Source: the human T2T-CHM13v2.0 reference genome, Homo sapiens. From it: DNA of 64,000 nt. The stretch is taken from assembly GCF_009914755.1 (NCBI RefSeq), contig NC_060927.1, one strand, 5' to 3'. Below the pieces are notes generated by a model that saw only the letters and a program-made list of their open reading frames with translations, had not been told where the DNA came from and searched no databases. The position numbers were made by a program, and so were the translations under genes. Below are positions 54,982 through 64,000 of this stretch, one piece after another (the first letter of the stretch is position 1; the number at the start of each line of letters is the position of its first letter).

Positions 54982-57149
54982 CACCTTAATTCTACTCTCT
55001 ATATTTTTGAATGCTTTTAAGGACAGTCAGGTCAAGTGGTAATGAAAAAATAAGCTTTCATTGTGTACCATCAACCAATGATTTACCACATGACTTTTTA
55101 ACCATTCTTACTTGAAAACAAAACAAAACCAAAAACCTGACCACTGTTAGCATAATAAACAGACAATGTTTTACAAGGAGGATAATAAAATGAAGCAGTA
55201 AACAGGTTTCAAATTCTCTATATGCTACTCTACAGCTACAAGAGAAAGTCCCTAATGTTTGCTATTGCTGTAAATAACCTCTGCCCACTCTGTTGACTAC
55301 TACTGAAGCTCATTAGGGAATGTTTCTAACAAGGTGCCATATGCTGCTCTCCTTTATATTATACACTAGAGCATAGAAGCAATATATCCCATTCTGTTAA
55401 AGAAAATATGAAAATTTATTGTAGTAGAATTTACTGCATCATTTGGTTTAAATCAAATTCATGAGATTTGCCAATCTTGCTAACTACTTTGGAAAATATG
55501 AGAAAAAAAGTTCTCATTTCTTTATTCTGTAGAGGTCAGCTTATTCTGGTTTGAGACATCTCTCATGATCTTTCTTAGAAACAGGGACTTGATTGTTTCA
55601 TTACCATAATTGCATGCATCCTTCAAGCCTTAAGGAGGACTTCGATACGCTGAAATTTTAACTCTGTCTGACTCATTAGAAAAAAAAAGTGAATTACTGA
55701 TCATTTAATTTAGTTTTTCAACAAAGTTATGTGTCATGCTGAAGATTAAAGACATTGAAAATGTCTATTCTTTGATAAGAAATTTCTTCATTTCTCTAAA
55801 ATGGAAATCTCAGAGAAAGTGATTCTGAAATGAGAAATTAAGGCTTAAAAACAAAAGGTCATACATAGTTAACCTCTATTATCACCAACAACTCACAAAC
55901 CATATTAGTCTTGAGAACAATCAGATAAAATTTAGCAAATTACATAAATATGGGGTAAGAAAGACAGTATCTATTACTAATAAAAATAGAAAATGAACTG
56001 TATTTTAACTCACATATTTTCAGTATTAATGCCAGTTATTGTAGGCATTTGTTGAGAGAAATATTTTTAAAGGAACAGAAACAGTCAGTGCATTGGCAAG
56101 CACTGTGATAGTGTGGAAATATTACCACTTACACTCAACAGAGTTTAATCTGCTACCTTGAAGGAAAACAATTCACTGAGTTTTGTTATTTTAAATAAAT
56201 TAGGAACATAAAAAAGAATTTCAAGATTTCTTTACCTTTTGTGTCCTTTGATTTTAAATTGTGTATTTATATGCATTATTTCATGATACAATTGAAAACT
56301 AAAAATTCATGGGGTTCTTTTTCAAGCATCATGTAAAGGGATAGCATTAGTTGAGAAAATTATACCGGTTTTAAGTAAATATCTAAATACTTATACTAAT
56401 GTGGAGAATCAGATGTGACACATAATTGAGAATATAAAATATTGTTACATATGTGAGCATAGTAAGCACTCAAAATGTATATTAAATGAATACATAAACA
56501 AATGACATATTTTAAAAAAGAAAGAGAATGAAAATGTGGTTGAGTAGATCAAATTTGAAACAGCTTTAATGTCATGGGAAAAGAAAATGCTTAAGATGAA
56601 AAAGTGGGAAACAGATGGAAAACATAAATTTATATATTAAAAAGAGAAGACTGTGCCAAAAATTGTGTTTGGAGCTTTTAGAGGTTATCTTATTTAATCC
56701 TCATAAAAGTACTTCAAAGTACCTGAATATCAATCTCACCCTTTCACTTAAAGGAAATGAAGAAATCAGACATCATAAAGGCCCTTTTATATTTGTTCAG
56801 AACAGTGTAGAACAAGAAAGGTATATGTTTCCTTATGAGCCCAAATTGATATTGTATGGAATAACTTTGAGAAGGAGTGCCTTTTCAACTTTCATTGTAC
56901 CTCCTTTTCACCTCTCAATACAAATTTCCCTCTGAAAAGGCAATTTCAAAAATACTAGTAAAGAGAAACAGGTGCACATATGAGTTCAGACAGAGAAGCT
57001 ATGAGCTTTCAATAAATTAAACATTGCTACAGCCAAGATGCATTCCAGGACAGGAACAAGGTGACCTGATCATGTTCTGTTCCAGGTTGCTGTGTGTAGC
57101 CAATAACCCCAGAACCTTCTTGGAGAAGGTGGGTGGAAGCAGATGGTCT

Positions 57150-57362
57150 ACATCAATGGTTGAAAATTAAGGGCTATGAGAAGAACCCACCCACAGCCTA
57201 TTTTTATGAAGAAAGTTATACAGAATACAATTTTGCCAATTGTCAATGGCTGCTTTTGCACCACATAAGCAGAACTGAGTAATTATTGCAGAGACTATGT
57301 GGCCTGCATAGACTAAAATATTTACTATCTGGCCACTTACAGAAAAAGTTTATCAATCTGTA
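57150..57362. mobile_element. MER58A-like hAT-Charlie MITE
   Basis: 'atggctgcttttgcaccac..gcagagactatgtggcctgca..aaaatatttactatctggccacttacagaaaaagttt'. Confidence 0.8.
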
Positions 57363-59440
57363 CTGGAGATGCCTAATTAGAAATGGTACACTCTCAGATT
57401 GCTCATTTTCTCTTATTCTCTACCCATCAAGGTTCACAGCACTGTCACTGTAGAAGCACATAATTATTTCCTACTTTAATTTTTTTTTTACCTGGAAACT
57501 TACCTTTGAAAGATAATTTTTAAAAGAAGTTGTTTTCTTTAACATTTTCCTTTGTTGTTTTTATAGTGCAGCAAACAACAGAAAAAGTCTCTTACCAGAA
57601 TGTAACTATAACAAAAATATTTGTCTAACTTTGGCATCATGCCAAGGAAAGACCTGAGATGTATGAATATTTTCCTAGAGAAATGTTCATTTGTAATAAT
57701 GCCAGTGTAACAACAAAAACCCATATCAATGCAGGGTTTTGATTGCATTGTGTAAGATAAATTCATTTATGCTGTACATTAGCAAGCCTCCAGAGAAAAT
57801 ACAAAATGCAAATACATACAAAGGTGAGTCTCAAATTCAGAATCCTTCCAACAATGGAGAAGATATTATGAATTTTGAACATGATAAAAGTTAATATTGG
57901 AAGTGTATATTATTTATATTTTAAACTAGAATCATCTCTAAAACAAACAGGAAAGAAACTCAGAATTTTTGGAATATTACTACTGCTATGGGTAATATTA
58001 CACAAGGAAGTAGTGGAAGGTCTTTGTTTAACCAAATTCTAATTGTTACTTGGTTTTCTGCATTGGTCCCAAGGTACAGTATTTTACTACTGGTGGTAGT
58101 TTCTGATATCAGTAAATTTACAATATAGGAAAGCAAAAACAATCCAAAATTGGATATGGCTTTTCTTTTAACATTGAGTACTAATGGCTCAGCTGCTTTG
58201 TTTCTTCAGCAATCACATATTTATTCAAAATTACTGGAACTGGTATGTGGCAATATGTAGAATTCTGTTGATAAAAATGATATAAATGACCAAACTATAT
58301 ACATTAATTCAATAATGAACTGTAAAACTTTTTCACAATATGTATTACAGATATTTATTATTTGGAATAGATCGACTAATAATGGAACCAGTTGACTTTC
58401 AACTATTAATTCCATCAGTTAGGTGAGGTATTTAATATGTCTGGGTCTCAAATGCCATCATTTTCAAAAAATACTTTATTTGATTAACTCCATAAAATCA
58501 GTACTTTGGTCTTTGAAATCTTAGATATGAACTGGTATTAAATCACAGTTCTTTTTGTGTATTAATTCAGTATAATGATTAAAGAATTTAACATGTCTGG
58601 GCCTCATTTAGTTAATATTCAAAATTGGAATACCAACATTCAATTAATAAGAATCTGTGTGGTTTAAATAATAATAAATTGTTCTTATCACATGATATGA
58701 AAGAAACATTCAAAAGAGTCATCATTGTTATCATTATTATCAATGATGAGGAACTGTGAAAATTGAGAAAGGTGCTAGGGAATGCTAAGAAAGAGCAATT
58801 CAAATTTTCCAAATTAGAATAATAATGAGGAAGATAATTTTCTTTGGCTAGACAAATATATATTTTCAGCATAGTTCTTTCTTGACTTTTACAATTGAGT
58901 CTGGAGAATAAAAATGTCACAGTCTTGGCCTCCCTTGTGTGTAAATGTTGCCAATTGATACAGTTCCCAATGGAGGAAGTCAGAAGCATGCTGCCTTTAT
59001 CTTTTCTTGTTTTTTCGTACTTATAATAAAAGGGACAGACCTTGTGTTCCCGTTCTTTCTTTCATAATTCAAATATTATACCTAAAACATCAGCTACCAT
59101 ATTAAAGCTATACTGTAACATACATAAAGGACAAAAGAATTTCTGAGTACCAAATCTGATTTTTAAGCTATTAAGCCACTTACCTCCAGATATATAGTTT
59201 ATAAAAAAAATTAAACATATATTTTAATATCTGTAGGCTGAGTTAGTTCTTATCAGTAGCTCCATTCTCTCTTAAGTGACATATGATGTAACTATTTAAA
59301 GCCAGATATTGTTAACTTTCCAGTTGATATTAGTCACAACATTTGGAAATAATACGTTTTTTATAATTGTTATTCTAATCTATAATTTATGGGCATTCAG
59401 GTTGATGATCTTTGGAAATAACATATGTTTAAAAATTGTT

Positions 59441-59733
59441 CGCCAGGCACAGTGGCTCACACCTGTAATCCCAGCACTTTGGGAGGCCAAGGCGGGTGGA
59501 TCATGAGGTCAAGAGATTGAGACCATCCTGGCCAACATGGTGAAACCCTGTCTCTACTAAAAATAAAAAAATGAGCTGGGTGTGGTGGCATGTACCTGTA
59601 GTCCGAGCTACTCAGGAGGCTGAGGCAGGAGAATCATTTGAACCCAGGAGGCACAGATTGTAGTGAGCTGAGATTGCACCACCGCCCTCCAGCCTGGTGA
59701 CAGAGTGAAACTCCATTTCAAAAAAAAAAAAAA
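59441..59733 (+). mobile_element. AluSc
   Basis: Diagnostic 'gaggtcaagagattgagaccatcctggccaac' and 'cctggtgacag'; TSD aaaaattgtt on both sides. Confidence 0.92.
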
Positions 59734-59741
59734 TTGTTGTC

Positions 59742-60305
59742 CTAGTCTATGATTGATGAGCATTTAGGTTGATTCCATGTGCTTGCTATTGTGAACAATG
59801 CTGTAATAAACATACACGAAAGTGTGTTTTTATAATAGAATAATTTATATTCTTTTGGGTATATACCCAGTAATAGGATTGCTGAGTCAAATAGTGTTTC
59901 TATCTCTTGGCCTTTGAGGAATCACCACACTGTCTTCCACAATGGTTGTTGGGAAACTAATTTACACTCTCACCAGCAGTGTAATAATTGTTCCTCTCTC
60001 TCCACGACCTTGACAGCATCTGTTATTTTTTGACTTTTTAATAGTAGCTATTCTGACTAGTGTGAGATGGTATCTGATTGCGGTTTTGATTTACATTTCT
60101 CTAATGATCAGTAATGTTTAGCTTTTTCTCATATGACTGTTGGCCACATGTAGGTCGGCTTTTGAAAAGTGTCTGTTCATGTTCTTTGCCCGCTTTTTAT
60201 GAGGTTTTTTTTTTCTTGTAAATTTGTTTAAGTTTCTTATAGATACTGGATTTTAGATTTTTGTCAGATGCATAGTATTCTCAAAAATTTTCTCCCATTC
60301 TGTTT
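59742..60305 (-). mobile_element. L1PA(old)/L1PB ORF2 3' fragment
   Basis: Antisense 'gggtatatacccagtaataggattgctg', 'gaggaatcaccacactgtcttccacaatgg', 'gtgtctgttcatg'. Confidence 0.88.
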
Positions 60306-60354
60306 GTGGTACATCTAAACCATGAAATACTTATGCAGTTGTAAAAAAGAGTGA

Positions 60355-63300
60355 GATTAGTATAGGAGGCAGGACTAGGTTGCAGCTCCCACTTAGACAG
60401 ACAGAGCAGTGTGTGGAGACTCACATCACTAACTTTTGTTCCAAGAACTACCAGAGGAACGTACCAGGAAAGCTGAGAGAATCCACAGACCATTTGAAGC
60501 AACTAGATTACCACTGCAGTCTCCTTGAGATGCCAAAAAACTGTGAGCCTTGCTTTCTGAGGGGAGGCTGGTGGTCTTGGGAAAGTTCTCAGCCCTGGTC
60601 ACCAGCTGCCTGGAAATAGGCTTAGGTGGAGGGGCATGGTGGGAGTCAGACCAGCCTTTAGGACTTTGGGCTGCATGGGAGTAGGGTGAGGTCTGCGACT
60701 GCTGGCTTTCCCCCACTTCACTGGTGACCTGTATGACTCAGCAGATGCAGCCATAATCCTCCTGGAAACATAACTCCATTGGCCTGAAAACCATACCCCT
60801 ATCCCCTACAGCAGCTACAGCAAGCCCTACCCAAAGAATCTGAGCTCAGACACACCTATCCATGTCCCCACCTGGTGGTCTTTCTCTACCTGCCTGGTTG
60901 CCAAAGACAAAGGACATAATCTCTTGGGGGCTCTATGGCTCTGCCCATTGCCTGAGAAACCTGAATACTTAACCAAGCAAACTTAAGGCAAGTTTGCATC
61001 CTCCCTGTAGTACTGCAGGTGATGAGTTCTTGAAAGTGCCACCTCTTGGCTGGAAGCCAACAAACACAAGCCAGTGCACTAGACAAATATACAAAGAAGG
61101 ATCCTCACAAAGTCCATTTCCCTCCCTTGCTACCTCCACTGGAGCAGGTGCTGGTATCTGTGGCTAAAAGACCTGAAGACAAATCACATCATAGGACCCT
61201 TTGCAGACACTCCCCAGTACTAGCCTGGAGCCTAGTAACTCTGCTAGGTGGCTAGACCCAGAAAAGCAAAACCAATCACTGAAGTTTGGCTCCCAGGAAG
61301 CCCCATCCCTAGAGGAAGGGAGAGAACATCATGAGAGCACACTGTGGGACAAAAAAATATGAACAGCAGCCCTTCAGTCCCAGACCTTCCCTCTTACATA
61401 GTCTACCCAAATAAGAAGGAACCAGAAAAACAATTCTGGTAACATGACTAAACAAGTTTCTTTAACACACCCAAAAGATCATACCAGATCACCAGCAATA
61501 GATCCAAACCAAGACAAAATCTCTGAATTGTCAGAAAAAGAATTCAGTAAGTCGATTATTAAGCTAATCAAAGAGGCACCAGAGAAGGAAAAAGTCCAAT
61601 TTAAAGAAATCAAAAACATGATACAGGATATGAATAGAAAAATATTCAGTATAATAAATAGCATAAAAGGCAATCACAACTTATGGAAATCAAAGACACA
61701 CTTCACATAATGCAAAATGCATTGGAAAGCCTGAACAATAGAATAGAACAAGCTGAAGAAAGATGTCAGAGCTCAAAGACAAATCTTTCAAATTAACCCA
61801 ACCCATCAAAGTCACAGAAAAAAATAATTTTCAAAAAAATGAAACAAAGCCTCCAAGAATTTTGGGACTATGTTAAATGTCCAAACCTAAGAATAATTTG
61901 TGTTCCCAAGGAAGAAGGGAAATCTAAATGTTTGAAAAACATATTTGAGGAAATAATTCAGGCATAAATTTTGTATCCAGCAAAACTAAGCTTCCTAAAT
62001 GAGGGAAAGACACAGTCTTTTCCAGACAAGCAAAGGCTGAGAGAATTTGCCACCACCAGGCCAACACTACAAGAACTACTAAAAGAAGCTCTCAATCTTG
62101 AAACAAATTAACAAAATACCCCAAAATAGAACTTATTTAAAGCATAAATCTCACAGGACCTATAAAACAAAGGCACAATGTAAAGAAAAAATGTTATCAG
62201 GTACCATGTAGCACAATAAATAGAGTAGTACCTCAGATCTCAATGCTAATGTTCAATGTAAATGGCCTAAATGCTCAAATTAATAAATACAGAATGGCAA
62301 AATAAAAATTCAACAGCCAAGTTTCTGCTGTCTTCAGCAGACTTACCTAACACATAAGGACTCAAATAAGATTAAGGTAAAGTGGTGGAAAAAGCTATTC
62401 CATGAAAATGGACACGAAAAGCAAGCAGGAATAGCTATTCTTATATTAGATGACACAAACTTTAAGGCAATATCAATTAAAAAAGACAAAGAGGGACATT
62501 ATGTAATGATAAAAGGATTGGTACAACAGGAAAATATCACAATCCTAAATATGTAAATACAACTAACACTGGAGCTTCCAGATATATAAAACTATTACTA
62601 CTAAACCAAAGAAATGAGTCAGATGGTAACACAACAATGATAGAGGACTTCAATACTCCACTGAGAGCACTAGACAAGTCATCAAGACAGAAAGTCAACA
62701 GAGAAACTATGGACTTAAATAATACCCTAACAACAAATGGACTTAACAGGTATTTACAGAATATTCTACTCAACAACTGCAGAGTATGTATTGTATTCAT
62801 CTGAATATGAAATATTCTCCAAGATAGACTGTATGATATGTTACAAATCAAGTCTCAGTAAATTTAAGAAAACTGAATTTATTTCAAGTATTCTCTCAGA
62901 TCACAGTGGAATAAAATTGAAAATCTACTCTAAAAGGAACCCTCAAAACCATGCAAATACTTGGAAATTAAATAACCTTCTCCTGAATGATCATTGGGGC
63001 AACAATGAAATCGAGATGGAAATTAAAAAATTCTTTGAACTGAATAATAGTGACACAACCTATCAAAATCTCTGGGATACTGCAAAACCAGTGCTAAGAG
63101 GAAAGTTTATAGCATTAAATGGCTATATCAAAAAGTCTGAAAGAGCACAAATAGACAATTTAAGGTCATACCTCACAAACCTGGGAAAACAAGAACAATC
63201 CAAACCCAAACCCAGCAGAAGAAAATAAGTAACCAACATCAGACCAGAACTAAAAGAAATTAAAACAAAAAGAACATAAAACATAAATAAAACAAAAGCT

Positions 63301-63410
63301 GTGTATTTGAAAAGATAAATAACATTCATAGAACATTAGCAAGATTAACCAAGAAAAAACAGAAGATCCAAATAAGCTAATTTTGAAACAAAACAGGAGA
63401 CATTGCAACT
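60355..63410 (+). mobile_element. L1PB (L1PBa-type 5'UTR) with ORF1 and ORF2 EN region, disrupted
   Basis: 5' end 'ggaggcaggactaggttgcagctcc'; ORF1 fragment with a deletion at ~61960; EN peptide [20 protein letters not shown]. Confidence 0.88.
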
Positions 63411-63774
63411 TATATTAGTCCACTTTCACACTGCTGTGAGGAAATACCAAGACTTGGTAATTTATAAAGAAAAAGAGGTTTAATGGACTCACAGTTCCAC
63501 ATGGCTGAGGAGGTTTCACAGTCATGAGAGACAGCGAAGGAGGAGCAAAGGCATGTCTTACATGGCAGAAGGCAAGAGGGTGTGTGCAGAGGAACTGCCC
63601 TTTCATAAAGCCATCAGTTCTCATGAAAATTATTCACTGTCACAAGAACAGCTCAGAGAAAACTGACCCCCATGATTCAATTGCCTCCCACCAGGTCCCT
63701 CTCATGACATATGGGGATTAGGGGAGCCACAATTCAAGATGAGAGATGGGTGGGCACACAGCAAAACCATATCA
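63411..63774 (-). mobile_element. THE1B-like LTR (3' LTR of a minus-strand element)
   Basis: 'tattagtccactttcacactgctg..aatggactcacagttccacatggctg..aaaccatatca'. Confidence 0.9.
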
Positions 63775-64000
63775 TTTTACCCTGACCCCTCTTAATTCTC
63801 ATGTCCTCACATTTCAAAACCAATCATACCTTCCCAACAGTCCCCCAAAGTCTTAGGTAATTCCAGCACTAATTCAAAAGTCCAAGTCCAAAGTCTTACT
63901 TAAGACAAGGCAAGTCCCTTCTGCCTATGAGTCTGTAAAATTAAAAGCAAGTTATTTGTTTTCTAGATAAAATGAAGGTACAGGCATTGGGTAAGTACAC
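63775..64000 (-). mobile_element. THE1 internal sequence (element continues beyond the window)
   Basis: 'tctcatgtcctcacatttcaaaaccaatcataccttcccaacagtcccccaaagtctt..gacaaggcaagtcccttctgcctatgag' is the THE1-int 3' end in antisense. Confidence 0.9.

Noticed and set aside
58850-59280. Possible very old LTR (LTR16/LTR33/MLT1-like); similar signal at ~18750-18950
   Set aside because: Too diverged to assign a family or boundaries by eye.

Overview
AT-rich primate (human-like) genomic DNA with no recognisable cellular protein-coding gene. The long ORFs in the track are fragments of LINE-1 ORF1/ORF2, Alu or LTR sequence, or chance ORFs in AT-rich DNA. About half of the window is interspersed repeat. 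It holds at least eight L1 pieces, including a young L1PA2/3 with an intact 5' end and a 3.5-kb L1PA8-like insertion, and nine Alu-family elements. It also holds a 14.5-kb ERVL (MLT2) provirus remnant filled with nested insertions, several solo LTRs (MER49-like, THE1, MST, LTR9-like, MLT2A1, MLT1), DNA-transposon fossils (Tigger1, MER5, MER58, MER94), MIR/L2 and microsatellites. I found no novel gene system. The most unusual signals concern how elements inserted or were rearranged: an L1 flanked by a ~227-bp direct duplication (a giant target-site duplication), a young L1 fused to an old AluJ at a microhomology junction (probable deletion), and a MaLR LTR with internal sequence on both sides inside an ERVL provirus. 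Subfamily names come from recalled consensus sequences and need RepeatMasker/Dfam confirmation.
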